Assembly: GCA_963709675.1 (NCBI GenBank)
Contig: CAVPWW010000005.1
Span: forward strand, 166,631 to 230,630
Direction of reading: 5' to 3'
Origin: Candidatus Acidiferrales bacterium
GTDB taxonomy: Bacteria; Acidobacteriota; Terriglobia; Acidiferrales; UBA7541
Length of the DNA: 64,000 bases
Both the position numbers and the translations under genes were made by a program. The notes beneath the pieces were generated by a model. It had not been told where the DNA came from, ran no database searches, and saw nothing but the letters and a program-made list of their open reading frames with translations. Each line of letters opens with the position of its first letter. The stretch's first letter is position 1. Shown here piece after piece: positions 28,059-36,678 of this stretch.

Positions 28059-30167
28059 ATGAGCGAAAATCGACTGAAGGATTCAGCCAGCCCTTATCTG
28101 CGCTCGGCAGCACATCAGCCGATTGACTGGTATGAGTGGGGCGAGGGCGCGTTTGCGCACGCCAAAAGTGAAGACAAACCGCTGCTGTTGGATATCGGCG
28201 CGGTGTGGTGCCACTGGTGCCATGTGATCGATCGCGAGAGCTACGAAAATCCGGAAATTGCGAAAATCATCAATGAACATTTTGTGCCCGTAAAAGTGGA
28301 CCGGGACGAGCGCCCGGACGTGGACTCGCGCTACCAGTCCGCCATAAGCGCCGTCAGCGGGCAGGGCGGCTGGCCCCTCACCGGTTTCCTGATGCCCGAT
28401 GGCCGGCCTTTTTATGGTGGCACGTATTTCCCGCCCGTGGACCAGCAGGGGCGCCCCAGCTTTCGCCGCGTGTTGTTGGCCGTGGCGGATGCCTACAAAA
28501 ATAAGCGTGAGGAACTACTGAAGACTGCGGACGCGCTTGCCGAAGCAGTTGCCAAAGCGGAAGTGTTTGCCGGCGCCCGAGCCGAATTTGACCTTGGCGT
28601 TGTGGATGCTCAGATCAGCTCCATGACGCAGCTTTTCGACATTCGCCACGGCGGATTTGGCCAAGCACCGAAGTTTCCGCACGCATCTGCCGTTGATCTG
28701 TTGTTGGAGCGCTATCGGCAAACCGGCGAAAAGCATTTGCTGGCCATGGCGGAGACTACACTGGAAAAGATGGCCAAGGGCGGCGTGTACGACCAACTCG
28801 CAGGCGGATTCCATCGTTACTCGGTGGATGAGCGGTGGTTGGTGCCGCACTTCGAGAAGATGAGTTACGACAATTCGGAGCTGCTGAAGAACTACCTCCA
28901 CGGATGGCAGGTTACTCAGAATCCATTTCTGCGCAGAACCTCCGAAGGCATCATCGGCTGGGTGAACGATGTTCTATCGGACCAGCCCAACGGCGGATTT
29001 TACGCCAGCCAGGACGCGGATTATTCGCTGGACGATGATGGCGATTATTTTACCTGGACGCGAAACGAACTCCGCGAGGTTTTGCCTCCGGCCGACGCTC
29101 GAATGATCGAGTTGCATTACGACGTGGAGCCCCAGGGAGAGATGCATCACAATCCGGAGAAGAATGTGCTCTGGGTTGCGCGAGATGCGCCGGAAATTGC
29201 GAAAACCCTCGGATTGGAAGAAGCCAGCGTGCGGCTCAACATTTCGTCCGCGAAAGAGAAGATGCTGGCGGCGCGCCAAGCGAGGCCCACGCCGTTCATC
29301 GATCAGACCATGTATGTCAGTTGGAATGCGATGTTTGTTTCCGCGTATCTGACATCGGCGCGCGTTTTGGGCGGGACCATCGCAAACAATTGCAAGGTTT
29401 TTGCACTGAAGACGCTCGATCGAATGCTGCGGGAAGCGTGGAGCGAGGAGCAGGGATTTGCCCATCGCATTGGAGGGCCGGTTCTGCGCGGGTCGCTCGA
29501 CGACCAGATATTTGGCGTGACGGCACTCCTCGATGCGTACGGGACCACCTTGCACACAAACTATTTTCAAGCGGCACGACGCACCATGGACATGGCCCTC
29601 GAAAAATATGGCGATCCCGAAGGTGGAGGCTTTTTTGACCGCGCTTCGGATGCGCCCGCAATGGGCGGTCTGGAAGTGCGACGCAAACCGTTCCAGGATT
29701 CGCCGACGCCGAGTGCGAATTCGGTGGCAGCCATGGCCCTCACAAGGATGCACGCCTACACCGATGATCCGAAATATTACGACTGGGCCAAGAAAACCCT
29801 GGAGGCATTCGCAGGTGTAGCCCCGCAGTACGGCCTGTTCGCTGCGACCTACGGAGTGGCAGCGACACTTTTCGCCGAGCATCCCGCGCAGGTGGTCATC
29901 ACAGGCGCGACAGGCGACCCCTGTGCGGAAAAACTGGAAGAGGCCGCGAACGGCGTCTATCGTCTCGGCAAAGCGGTGCTGCGTGTCACTCCCGAAGCTT
30001 CGCTGGCGAATCTTCCCGTCTCGCTACGCCAGACCCTGCCTCATCTGTCCAAGGACAAAGCACAGGCGCTGGTTTGCCTAGGAACGACCTGTTTGCCGCC
30101 GACGAGCGATGCCGAGGAATTGAAGCGAACTTTGCAAAAGGGAATTGCAGGAACCGCGGCGGGATAA
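28059..30167 (+). CDS. Thioredoxin-domain (DUF255) / six-hairpin glycosidase-like protein, YyaL/SPATA20 family
   Basis: N-terminal SPYLRSAAHQPIDWYEWGEGAF..AK.EDKPLLLDIGAVWCHWCHVI...NE.FVPVKVDRDERPDVD is the DUF255 signature. Long alpha/alpha C-terminal domain. Confidence 0.9.
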   Translation: MSENRLKDSASPYLRSAAHQPIDWYEWGEGAFAHAKSEDKPLLLDIGAVWCHWCHVIDRESYENPEIAKIINEHFVPVKVDRDERPDVDSRYQSAISAVSGQGGWPLTGFLMPDGRPFYGGTYFPPVDQQGRPSFRRVLLAVADAYKNKREELLKTADALAEAVAKAEVFAGARAEFDLGVVDAQISSMTQLFDIRHGGFGQAPKFPHASAVDLLLERYRQTGEKHLLAMAETTLEKMAKGGVYDQLAGGFHRYSVDERWLVPHFEKMSYDNSELLKNYLHGWQVTQNPFLRRTSEGIIGWVNDVLSDQPNGGFYASQDADYSLDDDGDYFTWTRNELREVLPPADARMIELHYDVEPQGEMHHNPEKNVLWVARDAPEIAKTLGLEEASVRLNISSAKEKMLAARQARPTPFIDQTMYVSWNAMFVSAYLTSARVLGGTIANNCKVFALKTLDRMLREAWSEEQGFAHRIGGPVLRGSLDDQIFGVTALLDAYGTTLHTNYFQAARRTMDMALEKYGDPEGGGFFDRASDAPAMGGLEVRRKPFQDSPTPSANSVAAMALTRMHAYTDDPKYYDWAKKTLEAFAGVAPQYGLFAATYGVAATLFAEHPAQVVITGATGDPCAEKLEEAANGVYRLGKAVLRVTPEASLANLPVSLRQTLPHLSKDKAQALVCLGTTCLPPTSDAEELKRTLQKGIAGTAAG

Positions 30168-30172
30168 AAAAA

Positions 30173-30195
30173 GGGGCCGGACTTTTCGCGGCCCC
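30173..30195. terminator. Bidirectional hairpin between convergent genes
   Basis: ggggccg / cggcccc stem, flanked by an A-run on the left. Confidence 0.45.
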
Positions 30196-30213
30196 TGTCG
30201 AACAAGGTTCGCG

Positions 30214-30783
30214 TTACTTCTTCGGCCGGGATTCAGGTGGAACCATCCCGTTGTTCCGGTAATAGACCACCAGTGCCCCATAGTGTTCGCCGGAGTGCTC
30301 GATTAGGCCGTAGGCCAGATCGTAGAGCCGATCGAGATGGGGTCCCCCGTCATCGACGGCTTTCTCCAGTCCCTTGTCGCCCAGCTTCTTGATCTCATCT
30401 GCTCCATCCTTGACGCACTGCTTCACAAACGCCACGATTTGTGCCTTGGTCTTCAGATTGTCCTGCTTCGGATCGTCCGGATAGCGCGGCTTCTTTCCTT
30501 CGGCGATGTCCGTGAAGTAGTACATGGAACCCGCAACGTGCAACAGCATCGCTCCAAACGTCCGCGATTCGGGTGCCGGCTTGTAGTTGTATTTGTCCTC
30601 GGGGAAATCTTCAGCCATGGCAACGAGCTTGCGTCCAATGTCATTCCATTGCTCCAATACCGCGTCTGCAGGGCCGGGCGCAGGTTTCGGCGGGGCTTTC
30701 TTTGCTGCTTCCTGGGCCAGGACTGGCAGGCCTCCACAAAGACCGGCCAACAGCAAGGCCGCGAACAGGGTCAACTTTTTCAT
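30214..30783 (-). CDS. Secreted DinB-family (four-helix bundle, metal-binding) protein
   Basis: Signal peptide MKKLTLFAALLLAGL. His motifs LLHVAGSMYYF and IEHSGEHYGALVVYYRNNGMVPP. Strong AGGAG-type RBS. Confidence 0.8.
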   Translation of the reverse strand: MKKLTLFAALLLAGLCGGLPVLAQEAAKKAPPKPAPGPADAVLEQWNDIGRKLVAMAEDFPEDKYNYKPAPESRTFGAMLLHVAGSMYYFTDIAEGKKPRYPDDPKQDNLKTKAQIVAFVKQCVKDGADEIKKLGDKGLEKAVDDGGPHLDRLYDLAYGLIEHSGEHYGALVVYYRNNGMVPPESRPKK

Positions 30784-30936
30784 TTCCTCTCTCTCCTTTA
30801 GCCTCCCGGGCGGGAGGCTGACCATCAGACGCTACGCCCCGGTAGAAGTTTCACACCCAGGCGCCAAAAAAGGGGTCCCACGGTCCGCCATCATACGCCA
30901 GGACCTGGGGAAAAATAGGAGAAGAAGAGCAGCGGA

Positions 30937-32367
30937 GTGCCGGCGAGACGAGTTTACTTCTTTGAGCAAGGGGAAGCCGGCGACAGGAGGGAGGCCTGTG
31001 GACATGGTATTCTAGGGGTTCAGGCTGAGGGGGCCTGCCGATTGAGTTGGAGTTATCTCCTGCTTCGGAGCGGACTGGCAGTCACAGTACTCGCCCTCTT
31101 ATTTCTCTCCCAGCGATTCTGGTACCGGACGCTGTGGCGCGTCACCTCCAACTGGGGGCGCCTATGGTTGCGCATGGGCGTGCGGGTGATGTATCTGGCG
31201 GGCCTGGTCCTGATTGTTCTAACCATTGCCGACGGCTTGCGGCAGGACCGTGGCCGTATCCTTCCCGCTCACTCCGCCGTCACGATATTCACCGGTTTGT
31301 GGTTTCTGAGCGTTTTGGGCGGCTATGTCTGCGTGAAAGTGGTCCATGCAATCGAGTGGGCCTGGCACCGGCTGCACAAGCCCGTCCCGCGGGTGTTGCC
31401 GAAGACGCTCAGCCGGCCAGCCACTGATTTGGATTTTGTGCCCGACCCCTCGCGCCGCACGTTTTTCCGCACCGCCAGCGTCGTTGCCGGTGCTGCGCCG
31501 TTTATCGGCGTGATGTATGGTTACGCCGCCGAGCGCTTGCGCTACCAGGTTTGCCGTGTGGAGATTCCGCTGGCCAATCTACCGTCGGAACTGGACGGCA
31601 TGAAGATCGTCCAAATCTCTGATATTCACCTCAGCAGCTACATGAGGCGCGAATCGGTTCGGCGTGTGGTGGACATGGCCAACGATGTGGGAGCCGATCT
31701 CGCCGTAGTCACCGGTGACCTCATCACCGGTGTGCACGATTCCGTGGCCGATTGCGTGGATGAAATTCGCCACTTGCGTGCGCCGCTCGGTGTCTACGGC
31801 TGCAATGGCAACCACGAAATTTATGCCCGGGCGGAGGATCTCGCGGAGCGCTTGTACCAACAGGCCGGGATGAAAATGCTGCGCCGGGAAAATGTGATCA
31901 TTCCTTTCCGGGGCGCCCAATTCAATTTGCTTGGCGTGGATTACCAGCGCGAGCGCATGCCCAGCGGCCGCAAGATGCAGATGCTGGCGAACGCAGAGCC
32001 GTTGCTGCAGCGGGACATGCCGAACATCCTGCTCTCCCACAACCCGAATTCGTTTAACCGCGCCGCGGAACTCGGGATCGAGCTTTCCCTTGCCGGTCAC
32101 ACCCACGGCGGCCAGGTGCAGGTGGAGATTCTGGACGTCAGTTTGAGCCCCGCGCGCTTCATCACTGACTACGTCGCAGGACTCTATCACCGGCCACTGT
32201 CCATGCCGAGCCAGCCCAAGCGTATGGGGGAGACCATCAAGCTGATGCCCAATGCGCCGAAGGGACTTGCGGCGTTGTATGTGAACCGAGGCATTGGCAC
32301 AGTGGGAGCCCCAGTGCGGCTTGGCGCTCCACCGGAAATTACCCACATCGTTCTGCGCCGCGCCTAA
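30937..32367 (+). CDS. Membrane-anchored metallophosphoesterase
   Basis: N-terminal TM helices, then calcineurin-like motifs QISDIHL, VTGDL, GNHE and GHTHGG. Start (GTG at 30937) is uncertain. Confidence 0.8.
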   Translation: MPARRVYFFEQGEAGDRREACGHGILGVQAEGACRLSWSYLLLRSGLAVTVLALLFLSQRFWYRTLWRVTSNWGRLWLRMGVRVMYLAGLVLIVLTIADGLRQDRGRILPAHSAVTIFTGLWFLSVLGGYVCVKVVHAIEWAWHRLHKPVPRVLPKTLSRPATDLDFVPDPSRRTFFRTASVVAGAAPFIGVMYGYAAERLRYQVCRVEIPLANLPSELDGMKIVQISDIHLSSYMRRESVRRVVDMANDVGADLAVVTGDLITGVHDSVADCVDEIRHLRAPLGVYGCNGNHEIYARAEDLAERLYQQAGMKMLRRENVIIPFRGAQFNLLGVDYQRERMPSGRKMQMLANAEPLLQRDMPNILLSHNPNSFNRAAELGIELSLAGHTHGGQVQVEILDVSLSPARFITDYVAGLYHRPLSMPSQPKRMGETIKLMPNAPKGLAALYVNRGIGTVGAPVRLGAPPEITHIVLRRA

Positions 32368-32512
32368 GCGGATCCCCATCTTTCCCCAATTTTAGACCGA
32401 ACAGGTGGAGCGTCATGCTGAAGCGATCCGCATACAATGACGCATTGCTTCGAAACAAAGCGTCAAATTGCATCCTTCGAGAAACCCGGGCTAAAATCTC
32501 CGCAGGAAACCC

Positions 32513-33811
32513 ATGAACATTCGAGAAACGAATTATTGGCTGGAGACGGTGTTCGATCGCGTGCAGGGTGCGCGGGATTCGTTACCGGAAACTGTGGATG
32601 TCGCTATCGTCGGCGCCGGATTCTGCGGGCTTTCGGCGGCGCGTCAACTTGCAAAGCGCGGAGTGAGCGTAGCGGTCCTGGAGGCGGAGACCGTGGGATG
32701 GGGCGCCAGTTGCCGGAATGGCGGCATGGTGCTCACGGGGATGAAACTGCCGGTGCCCACGCTGATCGCGCGTTATGGACGCGACCCGGTGCGGAAGATG
32801 TACGCGGCGTCGCTCGAATCGATTGATATGGTCGAACGCATCGTGAAGGAAGAGGGCATTGATTGCGGATTTTCGCGGTGCGGCCACCTGGAGGTGGCAT
32901 GCAAAGCCTCACACTTCGCTGCCTATGCGGAAGCAGCGGCACGTGTTCACCGGGAATTCGGCCACGAGCTGAGGGTTATTCCCAAAAACGAGCTGCACGC
33001 GGAAATTGGCTCGGCCATTTACTATGGCGGATTAGTGGATGAAACCAGCGCGGGCGTGAATCCCGCCCAATATGTAGCTGGATTGGCAAAGGCGGCGCAA
33101 CGGGCGGGTGCGTGCTTGGTCGAACAAACGAGAGTGATTGGTGTGAAGGCCGAATCTGCCCATGGCCATCGCCGCTTTCGCCTTTCCACCTCACGCGGGG
33201 CCTTGTTGGCCGAGGAAGTGCTCCTCGCCAGTGGAGCCTACACGACATCCGCCACGCCTGTGCTGCGCAAAAAAGTGATTCCGATTGGCTCGTACATCAT
33301 GGCGACAGAAGTCTTGCCCGCGGATCTGGCAAGCGAATTGAGTCCGCGGAACCGCATGATTTACGACTCCAAGCATTTCTTGTACTACTACAGGCTCACA
33401 CCAGACAAGCGCATGTTGTTTGGCGGGCGCGCAGCATTTTTCCCGGAATCGCAAGACACCGTGCGCGCAAGTGCTGAACTGCTGTGGCAAGGAATGATCG
33501 ATGTCTATCCACAGTTGCGAGAGACGAAGGTGGAATTTGTGTGGGGTGGCACTCTCGACTTCACGTTCGATGTAATGCCCCATTGCGGAAAGCTAGACGG
33601 CATGCATTTTGCCTTGGGTTTTGCCGGCCATGGCGTGGCCGCGGCGACCTGGATGGGCGCGAAACTTGCCGGCGTGATTTGCGGTGACGCGGACGACAAT
33701 CCGTACTCCCGGATATCCTTCCCCTCGGCCCCGATTGGGTTGCGGAGCGGGAACACCTGGGCGCTGCCCTTGGCGGGAATGTATTATCGCGTTCTGGACT
33801 ACTTCACCTGA
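32513..33811 (+). CDS. FAD-dependent oxidoreductase (DAO family)
   Basis: VDVAIVGAGFCGLSAARQLAKRGVSVAVLE dinucleotide-binding motif. Length and layout fit DAO-type amine oxidoreductases. Confidence 0.85.
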   Translation: MNIRETNYWLETVFDRVQGARDSLPETVDVAIVGAGFCGLSAARQLAKRGVSVAVLEAETVGWGASCRNGGMVLTGMKLPVPTLIARYGRDPVRKMYAASLESIDMVERIVKEEGIDCGFSRCGHLEVACKASHFAAYAEAAARVHREFGHELRVIPKNELHAEIGSAIYYGGLVDETSAGVNPAQYVAGLAKAAQRAGACLVEQTRVIGVKAESAHGHRRFRLSTSRGALLAEEVLLASGAYTTSATPVLRKKVIPIGSYIMATEVLPADLASELSPRNRMIYDSKHFLYYYRLTPDKRMLFGGRAAFFPESQDTVRASAELLWQGMIDVYPQLRETKVEFVWGGTLDFTFDVMPHCGKLDGMHFALGFAGHGVAAATWMGAKLAGVICGDADDNPYSRISFPSAPIGLRSGNTWALPLAGMYYRVLDYFT

Positions 33812-35123
33812 TTCCTCGTTCCGCGACGGCGCGAAGTTTCGGAAAAAGAAAGTACATCACGATTCCCAGGGCCACGGGAATCGGTCCCCATTTCAGTGCG
33901 AACTTGTCGCTACCAACCAAGGCCACGGCACCCATCAAAATTGGCGCAATCACAACGTAGGCCAGACCTGTATTTCCCCACGGAATCCGAAAGGGACGCT
34001 TCAATTGGGGCTGCGTGCGGCGCAGCCGCCAAGCCGAAAGAACGGTCAGGAAAGTCACGAGAATGCGCAACCACACGTACACTGTCAGCAACTGGGACAT
34101 GGTGTGAAAGGCCAGCAAGGCGTAGATCGTGGAAGAAATCAGGATGGCGATCCACGGCGTTCCGTATTTCGGATGCTTCGCTGCGAAGATGGGCGGCAAA
34201 TAGCCATCCTCGGACATCGTGGATGGCATGCGCGTACTGGTCAATACGGTCGCGTTCAAGAGCGAAACCGTGCAGAGCACGGCTGCCACGGTCATCAGGA
34301 ATCCCAGCCAGCCTCCGCCGATCAGCTTTGCGGCCGTAGAAAGATACGCGGTATTCCAGTCCTGCCAATTTCCTAAGGCGGCCAGCGAAAACAGCGCCGG
34401 AAGAAAATAAGCTGCAATGGAAAGTGGAACCACGATCGTCAGCGCCCGCGGATAATTTTTCTGCGGGTTTTCGATCTCTTCCGCGACGCTGGAACACTGC
34501 TCGTATCCGGAATAGAGCCATAAGCCCAGAGCCAGCCCTACACCGAAAACCTGGAACGGCGGCACATGCGGCGGAATCATCGGGTGGAAGGGATTGTGAT
34601 GCCATTTGGCCGCCCCAATAACGCAAAGGAGCAGTACGGGAACAAGTACAGAAACGCCCAAAATGGTTGCCACAATGCCAACCATCTGAATTCCCCGAAT
34701 GTTGATGTAGGCGAACAGTGCGATGATCGCCAGCGAGACCACATAATGCTTCCATCCCACCAGCGCAGGGAAATAGTTCGCCAGATAATCGGTGAACAGC
34801 ACCGCATAACTTGCGCCCAGCAGCCACGAGGCGCTCCAGTTCCACCACCCCGTTAGAAAACCCCAGAAGTTCCCATGGCTGGCGCGCACCCAACGGTAAA
34901 ACCCTCCTTCCACGGGGATGGCGGTAGTCAGTTCCGCGGCGGCCAGCGAAACCGGTATGCACCAGAACAGTGGAATCACCAGGAGAAACAACAGGGTCAT
35001 GCCTGGGCCGCTGGTCGTGACCATTTCCTCCAAACCGAACGGTCCTCCGGTTGTATAAGCGAACATCACGAAAACGAAGTACAGCAAACCCGCTTTTTTG
35101 ACCGCTGACCTGGCTTGACTCAC
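33804..35123 (-). CDS. APC-superfamily amino-acid permease
   Basis: About 12 TM segments. The N-terminal GPFGLEE and the overall pattern fit APC permeases. Its 3' end overlaps the convergent oxidoreductase gene by 8 nt. Confidence 0.9.
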   Translation of the reverse strand: MSQARSAVKKAGLLYFVFVMFAYTTGGPFGLEEMVTTSGPGMTLLFLLVIPLFWCIPVSLAAAELTTAIPVEGGFYRWVRASHGNFWGFLTGWWNWSASWLLGASYAVLFTDYLANYFPALVGWKHYVVSLAIIALFAYINIRGIQMVGIVATILGVSVLVPVLLLCVIGAAKWHHNPFHPMIPPHVPPFQVFGVGLALGLWLYSGYEQCSSVAEEIENPQKNYPRALTIVVPLSIAAYFLPALFSLAALGNWQDWNTAYLSTAAKLIGGGWLGFLMTVAAVLCTVSLLNATVLTSTRMPSTMSEDGYLPPIFAAKHPKYGTPWIAILISSTIYALLAFHTMSQLLTVYVWLRILVTFLTVLSAWRLRRTQPQLKRPFRIPWGNTGLAYVVIAPILMGAVALVGSDKFALKWGPIPVALGIVMYFLFPKLRAVAERGIR

Positions 35124-35243
35124 CTTTGCTCCTGAGTTCTGTGCGTGGCTACTAAAACTGCGGATGATATCCTACTTTTTTGCGGCACGCTGTATCTACG
35201 ACCAGCAGAAGATTTGGACGAGCGCGAGGACAGCGGTAAGCGA

Positions 35244-35723
35244 ATGATCGTTTTGGTGATGGGGGTAGCAGGCTCAGGGAAAACCACGGTGGGCCGGATG
35301 TTGGCCGACCGACTCGGCTGGGTGTATCTGGAAGCGGACGATTTTCATTCTGCGGCAAATAAGGAAAAGATGCATGGTGGGGTACCGCTCACGGAAACAG
35401 ACCGGTTGCCTTGGCTCGATGCGATTCACGCGGAACTCCAAGCCCAGGATGCAAAAGAGAAAAATGTAGTGTTGGCTTGCTCCGCACTCAGAGAGGAGTA
35501 CCGCCACAGGCTGATGGCGGGACTGCAAGTGAAGCTGGTCTATCTACGCGGCTCCAAGGAACTAATTGCGGACCGGTTGCGGCAAAGAACCGGCCACTTT
35601 GCAGGAGAAGCGATTCTGGACGATCAGTTCGCAGTGCTGGAAGAGCCCCGGGATGCTCTCTTTGTCGACATTGCGAAAAATCCCGATAGCATCGTCGAAG
35701 GAATTCTACCAGAGATAACTTGA
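35244..35723 (+). CDS. gntK: Gluconokinase
   Basis: MIVLVMGVAGSGKTTVGRMLA...LEADDFHS..N..KM..G.PL...DR.PWL is a typical GntK sequence. ATG at 35244 chosen. Confidence 0.85.
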   Translation: MIVLVMGVAGSGKTTVGRMLADRLGWVYLEADDFHSAANKEKMHGGVPLTETDRLPWLDAIHAELQAQDAKEKNVVLACSALREEYRHRLMAGLQVKLVYLRGSKELIADRLRQRTGHFAGEAILDDQFAVLEEPRDALFVDIAKNPDSIVEGILPEIT

Positions 35724-35811
35724 ACAGTCTCTGTTCCTGCATTAGGAATCAATGGATCTGCTTGTGCGAGCCTCCGCCATCGGAGAGAAGTTTCCAGAAA
35801 AGCACGAATCG

Positions 35812-36189
35812 TCATTTCTGCTTGCCTCTGCTCGAAAGTGCGAACTGATTCCCGTCGGGATCCTTGAAGACCGCGATCGATCCCCAGGGCTCATTCTTCG
35901 GCTCCTTGGTAAACGTGACGCCCTTGGATTTAAGCGCTTTGGCAGTGGCAAATACGTCGTCGCACCAGAACGAGATGGATTGGAATTCACCAATGCGCTT
36001 TTCGTGGCCCTCTGGCGTAAACAGTGCCAGACCTGTCTCCCCCCCGGGTATCAGCAGTTCTATCCATCGCTGCGTGGCCGAAAACGGCTGGTCGGTAGCA
36101 ACCTTGAACCCCAGCGCCTCGGTATAGAACTTCAGCGAAACGTCTTGATTGCGTACCGGAATGCCTACAAATTTAATCCCTCGAACCAT
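35812..36189 (-). CDS. VOC (glyoxalase/bleomycin-resistance) family protein
   Basis: Starts VGIPVRNQDVSLKFYTEALGF. The size (125 aa) and beta-alpha-beta-beta-beta pattern are typical of the family. Confidence 0.85.
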   Translation of the reverse strand: MVRGIKFVGIPVRNQDVSLKFYTEALGFKVATDQPFSATQRWIELLIPGGETGLALFTPEGHEKRIGEFQSISFWCDDVFATAKALKSKGVTFTKEPKNEPWGSIAVFKDPDGNQFALSSRGKQK

Positions 36190-36279
36190 CGGTGTCCTCC
36201 AAGAAATGCCCGAAGCATACCCGGCAGAATCCGTGGGAGCAATCAGCCAGTCTCTGCTATATTATTCATTGGTATAGAC

Positions 36280-36600
36280 ATGTTGACCCTGGATGATTAC
36301 GTCGTCGATGTGCTGATGCGGGATCTGGTCGGGCACGATCGCAGGCCTGTCAGCTTCCTCGTGTATGTGTGGCTCACGGCCGAACAGGCGCGCAGGCAGG
36401 GAGCAGTTCAGGTGAGCTATCGGGAATTGGCCGAATCGGTTGGAGTCTCGAAGAGTTCAGCACAAGCGGCGGTGAGTTGGCTGATACGAAGGAAGCTGCT
36501 CGCCGCCAGCAAGGAAAATGCGACGGCAATCCCCCGATACACGGCGCGGAGCCCGTGGAAGGATACAGCACACCGCCTCAGTGCCCGGCGCAGTCCATAA
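36280..36600 (+). CDS. Small winged-helix DNA-binding protein (putative regulator), divergent from the VOC gene
   Basis: VSYRELAESVGVSKSSAQAAVSWLIRRKLL looks like an HTH recognition unit. This is the only plausible part of the 282-aa ORF 35752..36600. Confidence 0.5.
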   Translation: MLTLDDYVVDVLMRDLVGHDRRPVSFLVYVWLTAEQARRQGAVQVSYRELAESVGVSKSSAQAAVSWLIRRKLLAASKENATAIPRYTARSPWKDTAHRLSARRSP

Positions 36601-36678
36601 GAGTTGCCGCGGGACCTAGCGGCTTGCATGACTGCCCAGTTCAGGAAATAATCCCTACCTGACCGAAGGGGATACTCT

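Noticed and set aside
35752-36279. The N-terminal 176 codons of the 282-aa plus-strand ORF 35752..36600.
   Set aside because: This part is antisense to the well-supported VOC/glyoxalase gene (35812..36189) and has no motif. Only the portion from the ATG at 36280 (HTH-like) lies in otherwise non-coding DNA, so I kept just that part.
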